Positions 1 to 9,459 of a stretch of 64,000 nt of DNA are shown in pieces. The stretch is from an uncultured Acidobacteriota bacterium. GTDB lineage: Bacteria > Acidobacteriota > Terriglobia > UBA7540. Made by a program: the position numbers and the translations under genes. Positions within the stretch are counted from its first letter, which is position 1. Each line of letters starts with the position of its first letter. The DNA lies in assembly GCA_963804995.1 (NCBI GenBank), contig CAWDSK010000003.1, forward strand, positions 544,001 through 608,000, read 5' to 3'. Under the pieces are notes generated by a model, which was not told the DNA's origin, made no database searches, and worked only from the letters and a program-made list of their open reading frames with translations.

Positions 1-932
1 GCAAACCCGTGGCGTTTGCGCCGGACTGCATCGGCCCCGCTGCTGAGGCTGCGGCTAAAGGTCTCCAGAATGGCGACGTCCTGCTGCTCGAAAACGTGCG
101 CTTCCATCCGGAAGAGGAAAAGAACGATCCCGCCTTCTCCCAACAACTAGCGGCGCTGGCGGAAGTTTATGTAGACGATGCCTTCGGCTCCGCCCACCGC
201 GCCCACGCCTCCACCGAGGGCATCACGCACTATCTTTCTCCCTGCGCGGCGGGGTTGCTGATGGAAAAGGAGCTCGAATACCTGGGCAAGGCTGTCGAAA
301 ACGTGGCGCGCCCGTATGTGGCGATCGTGGGTGGCGCCAAAGTTTCCGACAAGATTGAATTGCTCCAAAACTTTCTGAAAATTGCCGATACCGTGCTGGT
401 GGGCGGCGCCATGGCTTATACGTTCCTAAAGGCGCAGGGCGTCGAAACCGGGCTGTCGAAGACGGAAGACGACAAGCTCGAACTTGCGAAGACTCTTTTG
501 CAGGACGCCGCGGCGCGCGGGAAGAAATTCCTGCTGCCTACCGATCACATCGTGGCTGAGAAGTTCGACGCTTCGGCTGCAGCAGAAACCGTTACGTCGC
601 GCGCCATTCCAGCAAACCGCATCGGGCTCGATATCGGCCCCGCCACTCGTGCCGCCTACGCCGCAGAGATCGCCACGGCGAAGACAATTGTATGGAACGG
701 TCCCATGGGCGTATTTGAAATGAAACAGTTCGCCGAAGGCACACTCGCCATTGCCAAAGCCGTGGCAGCGTCCTCCGCAGTGTCGATTGTGGGCGGTGGA
801 GACTCCGTTTCAGCCGTCAAGAAGATGGGCGTTGCCGATAAGATCAGCCACATCTCGACCGGCGGCGGCGCTTCTCTCGAATTCCTGTCGGGGCTCACGC
901 TGCCCGGAGTCGCAGCGCTGACGGAAAAGTAG
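1..932 (+). CDS. pgk: Phosphoglycerate kinase (5'-truncated by window edge)
   Basis: Motifs [41 protein letters not shown] and [13 protein letters not shown]. Confidence 0.98.
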   Translation, partial: KPVAFAPDCIGPAAEAAAKGLQNGDVLLLENVRFHPEEEKNDPAFSQQLAALAEVYVDDAFGSAHRAHASTEGITHYLSPCAAGLLMEKELEYLGKAVENVARPYVAIVGGAKVSDKIELLQNFLKIADTVLVGGAMAYTFLKAQGVETGLSKTEDDKLELAKTLLQDAAARGKKFLLPTDHIVAEKFDASAAAETVTSRAIPANRIGLDIGPATRAAYAAEIATAKTIVWNGPMGVFEMKQFAEGTLAIAKAVAASSAVSIVGGGDSVSAVKKMGVADKISHISTGGGASLEFLSGLTLPGVAALTEK

Positions 933-939
933 GCAGTAG

Positions 940-1026
940 GACCCCGGAGGGGTCCAAGATCATTAGCCGTGGGTGAAACCCACGGAAATGGTCACCCCAA
1001 AAATTACCCAACCCCGAAGGGGTTGA
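940..1026. repeat. Left REP-like end of the tnpA element (three stacked hairpins)
   Basis: Hairpins GACCCCggaGGGGTC, CCGTGGGTgaaACCCACGG and CAACCCCgaaGGGGTTG; the block is an imperfect inverted copy of 1482-1574. Confidence 0.8.
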
Positions 1027-1476
1027 ATGATGTCGTCTTACACACAGATCCTTTATCACATCGTTTTCGCGACCAAGGATCGTCATCCTGCACTTTCGGA
1101 CTCACGGCGCGATGATCTTTTCAAATACATGCATGGTGTGATTAAGAACAAACACTGCCGGCCCGTTTGGATCAACGGCGTGAAAGACCATGTCCACATT
1201 CTGCTGAGCCTCCACCCGACGGTCGCGCTGGCGGAACTGCTGAAGGACGTCAAGGTTGCGTCATCGGTTTGGATCAAAGGAAATAATGTATTCCCCAACT
1301 TTGTAGGCTGGCAGGAGGGATATGGGGCTTTCACATTTTCCCTCCGTGAGGAACCGGCACTGATCGAGTACCTCAAGGCGCAGGAGGAACACCACCGGAA
1401 GACATCGTTTCTGGATGAGTACCGGAAGTTGTTGCTTGATGCCGGAATCAAGCTCGATGAAAGGTTTTTGCCTTGA
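1027..1476 (+). mobile_element. tnpA: IS200/IS605-family (RAYT-like) Y1 tyrosine transposase TnpA
   Basis: YHIVFATKDR, HUH motif DHVHIL, WQEGYGAF and catalytic-Tyr region YLKAQEEHH; flanked by palindromic ends; splits pgk from tpiA. Confidence 0.92.
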
Positions 1477-1481
1477 GTGGG

Positions 1482-1574
1482 TTCGACCCCTTCGGGGTCG
1501 ATTGGGATTTTTGTTGCGTGGTCAGGGTCCGTAGGTTGCACCTACGGCTAATGCTATTGTCCCCCTTCGGGGAA
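1482..1574. repeat. Right REP-like end of the tnpA element
   Basis: Hairpins CGACCCCttcGGGGTCG, CCGTAGGTtgcACCTACGG and a TCCCCCTTCGGGGA palindrome; mirror of the left end. Confidence 0.8.
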
Positions 1575-1620
1575 CATGCGGAGACCACGGACAACCGAAA
1601 CTTAATTCAAAGGACTCAAC

Positions 1621-2379
1621 ATGCGAATACCCGTAATTGCTGGAAACTGGAAGATGTACAAGACCATCGCGGAAACGGTGGATTTTTTCGAGAAGATCAA
1701 ACCCGTGGCGGAGAAGGCCGAGCACTGCGAGGTAGTAGTGTCACCGCCTTTCACGGCACTGGCGGCGGCTGCGCAAGCGGCCAAAGGCAGCAAGGTGAAG
1801 GTAGCCGCTCAGGACATGCATTGGGATAAGGATGGCGCGCACACCGGTGACATTTCCACAATCATGCTGCTGGATGCCGGTTGCACGCACGTCATCATTG
1901 GCCACTCGGAGCGCCGGCACGATCATGGCGAAACCGACGAGCAGGTAAATCGCAAGGTCAAGACGGCGCTGGCTGCGGGACTCACGCCCATCGTCTGCGT
2001 TGGGGAAACGCTTGCCGAGCGCGAGTCCGGCCGCACCGGCGAAGTTCTTAAGACCCAGTTTGAAGGTGGACTTGCCGGATTGACCCCCTCGGACTTTTCC
2101 CGTATCATAATTGCATACGAGCCGGTTTGGGCGATTGGCACGGGACGTACCGCGACGCCGGCGATGGCCGCGGAAAGTCACGGAGTATTACGCGACCTGG
2201 CCCGGCAAAAGTTCGGAGAAAAAGAAGCCAGCGCCGTGCGCATTCTCTACGGCGGCAGCGTCAAGCCCGACAATGTCGGTGGCCTGATGGCCCAGGAAGA
2301 CATTGACGGCGCGCTGGTAGGCGGGGCGAGCCTGAAGGTAGACTCGTTCACCGCCCTGGTGAATTTCCCCCGCGAGTAA
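1621..2379 (+). CDS. tpiA: Triosephosphate isomerase
   Basis: Motifs AGNWKM, IIGHSERR, AYEPVWAIGTG, LYGGSVKP and LVGGASL. Confidence 0.99.
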   Translation: MRIPVIAGNWKMYKTIAETVDFFEKIKPVAEKAEHCEVVVSPPFTALAAAAQAAKGSKVKVAAQDMHWDKDGAHTGDISTIMLLDAGCTHVIIGHSERRHDHGETDEQVNRKVKTALAAGLTPIVCVGETLAERESGRTGEVLKTQFEGGLAGLTPSDFSRIIIAYEPVWAIGTGRTATPAMAAESHGVLRDLARQKFGEKEASAVRILYGGSVKPDNVGGLMAQEDIDGALVGGASLKVDSFTALVNFPRE

Positions 2380-2404
2380 GTGCCGCGGGCTGGTAAGGAG
2401 CGGA

Positions 2405-2704
2405 ATGATTACTGTCGTTGAGGTTCTTCATATACTTATTTGCATCTTGCTGGTGGGAGCGGTGCTCCTGCAGGGCGGCGAGAATGCGGATATCACTGCG
2501 GCCTTCGGGGGAACGAGTCAGGCGGCCTTTGGCCCGCGCGGCTCGGTCACCCTGCTGGCCAAGATTACCTGGGTGCTGGCAGCGATCTTCATTTTCACTT
2601 CGGTTACACTGGCCGTGCACGCCTCGAAGGGTGGCGTCGGCTCGATCATGGAGCATGCGCCTGTCAAGACCGCGCCGGCTGTACCCGCACCCGTGAAGAA
2701 ATAG
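2405..2704 (+). CDS. secG: Preprotein translocase subunit SecG
   Basis: 99 aa with two TM segments around VLLQ...AFGG...AFG; follows tpiA in the usual synteny. Confidence 0.93.
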   Translation: MITVVEVLHILICILLVGAVLLQGGENADITAAFGGTSQAAFGPRGSVTLLAKITWVLAAIFIFTSVTLAVHASKGGVGSIMEHAPVKTAPAVPAPVKK

Positions 2705-2711
2705 CTAAAGC

Positions 2712-2749
2712 AGCTCTCAGCTATCAGCCGTCAGCTATCAACGTTCAGC
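2712..2749. repeat. Heptamer tandem repeat (AGCTATC-like, about 5 units)
   Basis: agctctc agctatc agccgtc agctatc aacgttc agc immediately after the secG stop. Confidence 0.7.
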
Positions 2750-2864
2750 AAAGGCCCGAGTTTTCCAATTGCTCGCCGGTCTGACGGATAGTTCCTACCA
2801 CAGCAAAGAACATCAGCACTTCAATTGTTTTCTGTGACCGGAGCTGTAGGTTCGCCTTGGCGAG

Positions 2865-2993
2865 CGGAAGCCTGGCTTCACGGCGGTCGCGGTGTTGACG
2901 CTCGCGCTCGTTATCGGCTCCGTCACCATGATCTTTAGCGCCATGAAGTGCGTCATGCTCAACCCCTCGCCTTAAAAGGACAGCCCTCGGCTC
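2865..2993 (+). pseudogene. Decayed 5' fragment of an ADOP/MacB-like ABC permease
   Basis: Hand translation [42 protein letters not shown] matches the ADOP N-terminal signature (PGFTxxAVLTLALGIGANTAIFS...LLxPLPYxDPxRL), with an in-frame stop. Confidence 0.75.
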
Positions 2994-3030
2994 GCGGCAT
3001 TCGCGATCAGAGATCCAAGAAAGTCTGGTG

Positions 3031-5008
3031 TTATCGGACTTGATTCCTTATCGCTCCGCTTGGGGCAACGCCAAGACGATTGCCTCTCGACAACCGCCCG
3101 GCCGTCGACAGATTCATGGGAGAAGCAATAGGGCTATAAGTGGCGGGGTTGTGGTCTTTGCCGTGGCAGGTGAGGTAGCAGGTGCCGCTGCGGGAGCCGA
3201 GGCGCTGATATTGCAGGATGCCGCCGCTGCTGGGCCCCACAATGGTGCGGTCAAAATCAATGAGCATGGGCCCCTGTGAGGCATGCGGAGCGTGGCAGGT
3301 GGAGCAGGCCGCATTTGCGCCACGGACGTGAATGGAATGGTAGGTGAAGCTCTGGTCCCGCAGGACGCTTCCCTCCACGTCATGACACTTGTCGCACAGA
3401 GCGTAATTGGTCACCGCGTAGGAGACGCCCGTCGACGAACCTCCGGGCGCCGCCGGCGGCGGTTCTAAGGAGCTTTCCCGTTCGAGCAGATGCGGCAGGT
3501 TCGAGCCGTGCGGTCCTGCAGGGCCGCTGGATGTTCCCAAGTTGCGCCCTGTGTCGTTGTTGTGGCAATCGCTACAGTAGATGTAAGTGACGGCCGAAAG
3601 TTGGCGGCTGGTCATGGTAGCTCCGCCCGGCGTGATGGGCTGCGGTCGCAGACTGGGGACGTCACCCCCCAACCCCGTGGCCAAATTCCGGGGGCGTGTC
3701 ACAGGATGAAAGGAGGGGCTGAACTGGAACTGCATGCGCGTGTTGAAGCGGTTGGGACTGCTCGCCTCGAACATGCGCTGGGGATTGCGCCCGTAACCCA
3801 CGCCCACCACACTGAAATCGGTGGATTGAGGCTTATTCCCGCTATCGGCATGACACTTAAAGCAGATCTCGTATTCGTTGTTGCTTTGGAGTATGTGTGC
3901 ATTGCCAGTGGATTGGCCTTTGACACCTAGCAACGACCCCTTCACCAGCGGCGGCTGCGCCGATACGCTGTTGGCGAAGTGGGGGTTATGGCAGTCGACG
4001 CACGCGGCGTGGCGGGGCGTGCCACTCCCCGTTTCGGGAAGCGGGTGCTGCGTGGAAGTCGGACTCTCCGCAGCATCGTGGACCGTGGGCGTGATTTGCA
4101 CCGGGTGCCGGTAAGTTTTGGCGGTGAATTCGCCTTCGACGTTCAGAGTGGTTACGCTCCCATTGTGGCACTGGTAGCACGTGGACGATTCCACAAACTT
4201 GACTAACCTCTGGGCGGTGGCGGGAGCGTGCGGCCGATGGCAGCTTTCGCAGCCATTCTTATTAACCCCGACGTACCCCGTGTGCGCGCCTTGCGCCGCG
4301 GTATATTTCACATCCTCGCGCGGGTCGGGCGGCATTCGGTGTACGGAGTCTTCCCAGCCCGCCTGGACGTGGCAGGTTAAGCAGAGCGCGGATTCGGAGT
4401 TCGGGGTCACAAGGAATTTCCAGAACCGTCGGATCCAGATTTTCCTGGTGAGGATCGTGGCAACTGGTGCACTGTACCTTTCCTGCGCCATCCAGGCGGA
4501 CCGGGCCGGTGGCGGTAAGGGGTTTGATCCCACTTGTGTGCGCAGGAGCAAAACCAAACGGATGGTCGTCTGTGAATCCCTTGTTCGCTGCCAGGTTGGA
4601 AGCAGAACTCGCCGGAAGGGCATACGCCGAGCCTTGTACAAATCGAAGCTGTCCATCATTGACGGTGTCGCCCAGGGCAATCGTCCCATCGTGGCAACTC
4701 AGGCACAGCTTGGAGACATCCTGCGGCTGAATAGGCGCGACGCTGGACGCTTGCGTCGTACTGGAGTAAGCCGGGAACTGCGCCGTTGACACTTTCTGGT
4801 TCCACAAATAGCTCCCGGGGTTCGAGTTGTGCGAGGTGTGACAAAAGGCGCAGGGGTCGCGGCCGGAAACCGAGCGTACGGTGGCTGGCGAAGAAGCCCG
4901 AAAATCGTGCTTGGAATTCAGCACAGCAGATATCTTATCGCCTCCCAACGCCGGCAGTACCATGGCCGCCCAGAGCGCCAGCAACGAGATGTAATTCACC
5001 CTACGCAA
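3031..5008 (-). CDS. Large multiheme c-type cytochrome (11 CXXCH + 1 CX3CH) with an OmcE-like N-terminal tetraheme module; split by a +1 frameshift near 4417-4426
   Basis: ORF 4262-5008 has a signal peptide, KHDF, CAFCH, LWN, CLSCHDG, DDHP and CTSCHDPH. It continues in ORF 3031-4689 from KFLVTPN with CLTCH, CESCH, CYQCH, CVDCH, CFKCH, CSDCH, CDKCH, CSTCH and CYLTCH. Removing one base gives about 658 aa. Confidence 0.88.
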
Positions 5009-6154
5009 CTACTGTCCTCCGCTGGGAGCTGTACCATCCGGCCGCAAACGAAACATCTGCACGCGGCGGTTGAACCCATCCGCCACGTAAATCCGGTTTT
5101 CGCTGTCCAAGGCGATGGCGGTGGGGAGGAAGAACTCTCCGGCCCCGGCTCCAGTTGAACCGAAGACAAATAATAAATGACCTTCCGCGTCGTAGACCTG
5201 CACGCGGTCGTTGCGGCCCTCAACTACGTAGACCCGTCCATGCTCGTCCACAGCGATACCCTTGGCCTTGTCGAAATCGCCCGGGCCGCTGCCCGCATTG
5301 CCAAATGCGGATAGAAACTTCCCCTCGGGGTCAAAGTGCTGGACACGGAAATTCAACGAATCGGTGACCCAGAGGGAGCCATCGGGGGCCACGGCGATGT
5401 AGGTCGGATAATTGAACTCGCCGGGTCCATCCCCACGTTCGCCAAAGCGGCCCACCACCTTGCCCTCGAGCGTCATCATCACCACTCGCATGGCAACGGT
5501 GTCCACGACGTAAAGGCGGTCGCGCTCGCTGTCGACGGCGATTCCCGTCGAGCGCTTGAAGATGCTCTCCTGGCGGTCCAACGCGCCCAGCGCCCGCAGG
5601 TACTTGCCTTGGGGATTAAAAAGGAAGATGCGCGCCCGCACGGCGTCGGAAACATAAATCCGCCCCTGCGCATCGCAGGCCACCGCTATGGGCGCGAGGA
5701 AAGGATCGGAATCGGGCGGGTGGAATTCTTGATACCGCCGGCGCGCCGGGTCAAATACGTGCAGGACTCGCTCCTTGGTATCGGCTACCAGAATCCTTCC
5801 TTGCGGGTCCACCGCGACGCCGTTGGGCGCCAGCATGGCTTTCTGCTGCTCCTCCAGCCCGATGATCGCCTTCAATACCCGCTTGCCCCAGGAGGGCTTG
5901 CCTTTAACATCGGCGGCGCTGCGCAGCTCGCCCACCCAGTCCACCGCGCCCAAGGCGATGGGATTGATGGGCGATTTCGGACTATCGGCGACCATCAGCC
6001 GCCCCAGCCCAACCGCCAGAAAGCAACAAACTGCCACCACTCGCGGGAGCTTATTGCTGTAACGGCGGTCTCTGACCGCCGCCTTTTGGTTCAACAGATT
6101 CCGGCGGTCAGAGACCGCCGCTACAGCAAGGCGAATTGGGTTAAGGCGCGACAA
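5009..6154 (-). CDS. Exported NHL-repeat six-bladed beta-propeller protein
   Basis: Repeated F-x-x-P-x-G-(I/V)-A-V-D...(I/V)YV-D...RVQ-F units; hydrophobic N-terminal segment. Confidence 0.92.
   Translation of the reverse strand: MSRLNPIRLAVAAVSDRRNLLNQKAAVRDRRYSNKLPRVVAVCCFLAVGLGRLMVADSPKSPINPIALGAVDWVGELRSAADVKGKPSWGKRVLKAIIGLEEQQKAMLAPNGVAVDPQGRILVADTKERVLHVFDPARRRYQEFHPPDSDPFLAPIAVACDAQGRIYVSDAVRARIFLFNPQGKYLRALGALDRQESIFKRSTGIAVDSERDRLYVVDTVAMRVVMMTLEGKVVGRFGERGDGPGEFNYPTYIAVAPDGSLWVTDSLNFRVQHFDPEGKFLSAFGNAGSGPGDFDKAKGIAVDEHGRVYVVEGRNDRVQVYDAEGHLLFVFGSTGAGAGEFFLPTAIALDSENRIYVADGFNRRVQMFRLRPDGTAPSGGQ
6057..6126. repeat. GTAG-type REP doublet inside the 5' end of the NHL ORF
   Basis: TGTAACGGCGGTCTCTGACCGCC ... 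GGCGGTCAGAGACCGCCGCTACA inverted pair. Confidence 0.8.
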
Positions 6155-6163
6155 CGTTGACCC

Positions 6164-8038
6164 TCACAATATCTTGAAGTCTCTCGTTATACGAAAGAAG
6201 TAGCGGTTCAGGAGGTTGCCTGTCTGGACGGGAACGGTTATGTTCTCGATCTCGTAGGATCCGAAGCCAACCTGTATTCTGATTTTGCCCACACGGTAGC
6301 GAGCGCTGATATCCGCTGTGCGGAATTTCGCTTGCGAGCTGCTGAGCAGGTCCCTTTCCGACATGTAATCGGCCGCCACATCCAATTGCGCACGCACCCG
6401 GAGCGCGGCCGTCGCCGTGTCGACGCGCGAGATCCGGTTGAGCAAGGGGGTGGCCACCAACTCGCTCAAGGGCAGCGGAACGCTCAGAAACTGCTCGGCG
6501 TTAATGATGGCGGGAAATAGCGCGCCCGCGCCCACTAAGTCCTGGTGACCCGCGCTCAGCGACAACCGTTGGTGCTGGACCTGCGCCGCATAGTTCGTCG
6601 TATCCGATTTGATGTCGCCGCTTACGCCCAGGTACTCCAAGCGAGCCCGTTCGGCGGTTCCCCGCACATACCAGCCAAAGAGGCGGGATGATTCCGCCTG
6701 CAGGCGCAGGCTGCGGGTGGAGGAAAATCCGCCGAGTTCATCGACGAGGTTGTACCTGGAATCCATCCCGGTAGCAAGCAGACGAAGGCGACCGGGGTCG
6801 CCCCAGCCAACTCTCCCCTGCAGGTCATTGGAGAACGTTGTCGGGTGGTGCCCCAGGGTCGTCCCCAGCAATTGGTAGTGGCCGGTGTATGTCCCCCCCA
6901 ATTCCAGCCCCCGCCAGGTTCTCCCAAAAGAGACGCCACTCAGAGAATCGAACTCGGAGGTCTCCGCCTCCGCCACCCCTTCGACCGCCGTTACACGATA
7001 TTCCTGAACTTGTTGAAACAGGTTCACGCTGGGGATGACCTGATAATTCACTCCCGCCCCAAGGCTATTCGAAGTGAACGCGGGAACCTGAATCAGGCTG
7101 AGGTTGCTGCCAGTGCCCTCTGTTCCGGTCAGGGAATTGGCACCACTCTGGGAGATGTTGGTGAAAGTGTAATAGTAGTTCGAGGAAAGTTTGGGCGTGT
7201 GCTTGATCTGGAGTTGGGAAGTGACATAAGCGTCCGTGAACTGCCCGGCGGGCTGGCCCAAAAAACTTTCCTGCTGCCATTCCAGGCGATCCGCAATGTT
7301 TAACCGGGCCTTGTCGTCCCAAAACTTGCGTGAAACAAAAAGGTCCTGCAATTTCAGATTTTCCCGGAACGGACTGGAAAGAGCGAAAGCCCCAACCGCG
7401 TTGGTCGTGGTGGAGAAGTCGTTGAAGCCGCCGTTCCATTTCCAACTCTTCCACTCGTCGGAAGCATCGATACTGAGCTCGTTCAGGCGGTAGCTCGAAT
7501 TGGTGAGCGAGGTGGGCAGTTGCACTTCGTTGGCTTGGTTAAGGTAGCGGACGGTCAGGTGAGGCAGGCGGCGGGTGCGAAGTTCCCACGTGAATCCGAA
7601 TGAGGAGGTGTCTGAATTCTCACCAAAACCCGTGCCATTGGCCCCGTACTCACTCTTCCGGTAGAAAATCTGGAGCGGAAACGAGCGTTCGGGCAGGAAA
7701 GATGCGCTGAAACCGACATCATAGACGTTGTCTCGAAACCCGCCCAGAGCTACCGCGTTTGAGGCGTGCTCGCCGCTGTAGTTAATGGTGAAGGGAATGA
7801 ATTTGGGATTCTTCAGGTACCCGCCCGCGAGAAGGTTCCAATCAAAGCCGGCGGTCGAATAATCGGAAGTATTGTTGGGACTGGAAGGCGTGAATAACGA
7901 CGTGTCGGTGGTTTTGCTGAGGTCGGCGCCCAGGGCGCCTTGCAATCGCCAATGTTCAGGGGTCGGGTCCTGTGCGAAACTCGGCAGCGCGGCCGCTAAG
8001 GCAATCGTCACGAGTTGAATTGCCAGTCTTGCTCTCAT
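6164..8038 (-). CDS. Putative outer-membrane beta-barrel (porin of a porin-cytochrome conduit)
   Basis: Cleavable signal peptide (…LPSFA/QD); 624 aa rich in S/T/N/G/Y/F with alternating amphipathic strands; C-terminal YFFRITRDF strand; no heme motifs; embedded among cytochrome genes. Confidence 0.78.
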   Translation of the reverse strand: MRARLAIQLVTIALAAALPSFAQDPTPEHWRLQGALGADLSKTTDTSLFTPSSPNNTSDYSTAGFDWNLLAGGYLKNPKFIPFTINYSGEHASNAVALGGFRDNVYDVGFSASFLPERSFPLQIFYRKSEYGANGTGFGENSDTSSFGFTWELRTRRLPHLTVRYLNQANEVQLPTSLTNSSYRLNELSIDASDEWKSWKWNGGFNDFSTTTNAVGAFALSSPFRENLKLQDLFVSRKFWDDKARLNIADRLEWQQESFLGQPAGQFTDAYVTSQLQIKHTPKLSSNYYYTFTNISQSGANSLTGTEGTGSNLSLIQVPAFTSNSLGAGVNYQVIPSVNLFQQVQEYRVTAVEGVAEAETSEFDSLSGVSFGRTWRGLELGGTYTGHYQLLGTTLGHHPTTFSNDLQGRVGWGDPGRLRLLATGMDSRYNLVDELGGFSSTRSLRLQAESSRLFGWYVRGTAERARLEYLGVSGDIKSDTTNYAAQVQHQRLSLSAGHQDLVGAGALFPAIINAEQFLSVPLPLSELVATPLLNRISRVDTATAALRVRAQLDVAADYMSERDLLSSSQAKFRTADISARYRVGKIRIQVGFGSYEIENITVPVQTGNLLNRYFFRITRDFKIL

Positions 8039-8155
8039 TGTCTCTCCGCTTGTTCACGGGCACGTTGCCTTCCAAAGATGCAGATGCAAACGAAACCAGA
8101 GTCCTGAGTTAGGAGTTCGCGATCAAAGTCGCCCTTTCAATTTATTCCAGGGCGA

Positions 8156-8402
8156 CCCCCTCACCCGACTGCGGGCCGAAGCTGAACTTGTTTACTGCTC
8201 CCAGGTACCCCTTCGGAGGGAGTAGGCCCGGCCCGCCCCGGCTGATGAAAACGCCGGTTGCGATCCACCCTCTCCCCCAAGGGGGCGAGGGCAAAGAAAA
8301 ATAAATCAACTCTCCCCTCGCCCCCCTTGGAGGAGAGGGCAAAAAAATCAAACCAACTCTCCCCTCGCCCCCTTGGGGGAGAGGGGCCGGGGGTGAGGGG
8401 GT
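8156..8402. repeat. Palindromic repeat family A (CCCCTCACCC...CCGGCTGATGAAAACGCCGG...CCACCCTCTCCCC-AAGGGGGCGAGGG)
   Basis: Related copies at about 46917-47070, 49398-49530, 49577-49683, 60491-60560 and 60858-60933. Confidence 0.85.
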
Positions 8403-8553
8403 TCGCGAACAATCAACAAACTTCTGACCCCGGACACCAGGGTGATGCGGACCAGCCGACAGCGGAGGCCGGAGGTAGGTTGCCCAGACCTCCACCGCCG
8501 GGAAAATAAGAATGAACTTCCGACTCAGGACACTACCGCCCCCTCGATGGGTA

Positions 8554-9327
8554 TTACTTGTGGCAGTAGGTGCACCAGTTGGTCGTCGCAACGAGCAAAG
8601 CTCGTCCGTAAGGGAAAGTAGTGCTCGCCCCTGCCGACGCCCCATTGTGAGGGTCATGGCAAGTCGCGCACTCCATCATGTAATTGTTGCCGTAAAGGGG
8701 TACATATCCGTTCGCGTCAACCCCATTAGCGCCGGCTGGAGCTGTCATCGAGGCTGCTGCCGCCAGGGCGGCGGTATATTGGAAGTGGACAGGGTGCGAC
8801 TTGGTCAGGTCCGAGATCGTCATGGTACTCGGCATGAAGGTTGCGCCGCTGACACCTAAACCAGTGCTCGTAAAAGTTGAGCCAGTGGCTGGAAGCCCCA
8901 ATGTCGACTCATAGAAGCTGGCAACCGCGACCGTACCATCGTGGCAGCTTAGACACAGGTTGCTGACCGTCAGCGTAGTAATGGTGTTGTCAGTCCCGAG
9001 CTCGGTGGGGCCGGCAGCCGCACCCAGGTGAGCGGTGAAGGTGTCGCTGCTGTAAACGCCGTAGGTCACTGAGGGGGAAGAAATAGTGTGGTTCCAGAGC
9101 AAATAACCCGGCGCCGAAGCAGAGTTATTTGCTGTTTTGTGCGTGATGTGGCAAAAGAAGCAAAGATTGGTTGAGGGAGCACTGGTTGCCGAGCCGAAGG
9201 TATAGCCGGACGTCAAATCGTGCGGTGTACCGACGATGCTTGCTTTGGTAGCCTGCTGGGCCGAGGCGGTTACGGTCAGAGCCGTCACCATCATCATCGC
9301 CAGTAGGAGTCTTTTTAGATTTGTCAT
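8554..9327 (-). CDS. OmcE-like tetraheme c-type cytochrome (copy 2), candidate nanowire subunit
   Basis: Sec signal; IVGTPHDL, CFFCHITH, LLWN, YSS, SNLCLSCHDG, DLTKSHPVHF, VPLY, ECATCHDPH and terminal CTYCHK. Motif order matches Geobacter OmcE as I recall it. Confidence 0.85.
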   Translation of the reverse strand: MTNLKRLLLAMMMVTALTVTASAQQATKASIVGTPHDLTSGYTFGSATSAPSTNLCFFCHITHKTANNSASAPGYLLWNHTISSPSVTYGVYSSDTFTAHLGAAAGPTELGTDNTITTLTVSNLCLSCHDGTVAVASFYESTLGLPATGSTFTSTGLGVSGATFMPSTMTISDLTKSHPVHFQYTAALAAAASMTAPAGANGVDANGYVPLYGNNYMMECATCHDPHNGASAGASTTFPYGRALLVATTNWCTYCHK

Positions 9328-9459
9328 AATGACCTCTCGATAGAATTTTATTACTGAGGCCGCAGAATGTTTCTCCGCGGTTGAGAAAAAACTTGCTTAC
9401 CACCTGCCTTCAAAAATCATGAGGACGCGCCAAATACCCTGGCGCCCCCTCGCTGGGGA

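Noticed and set aside
4417..4426. Programmed ribosomal frameshift in the large cytochrome
   Set aside because: No canonical slippery heptamer, and similar indels occur in unrelated genes of the window.
8039..8110. sigma54 promoter upstream of the porin gene
   Set aside because: Only a bare GG-N10-GC match without the TGGCAC/TTGC context.
8142..8553. Pro/Gly-rich ORFs between the porin and the tetraheme gene
   Set aside because: Translations of palindromic repeat family A; similar peptides arise at 46.9, 49.4 and 60.8 kb.
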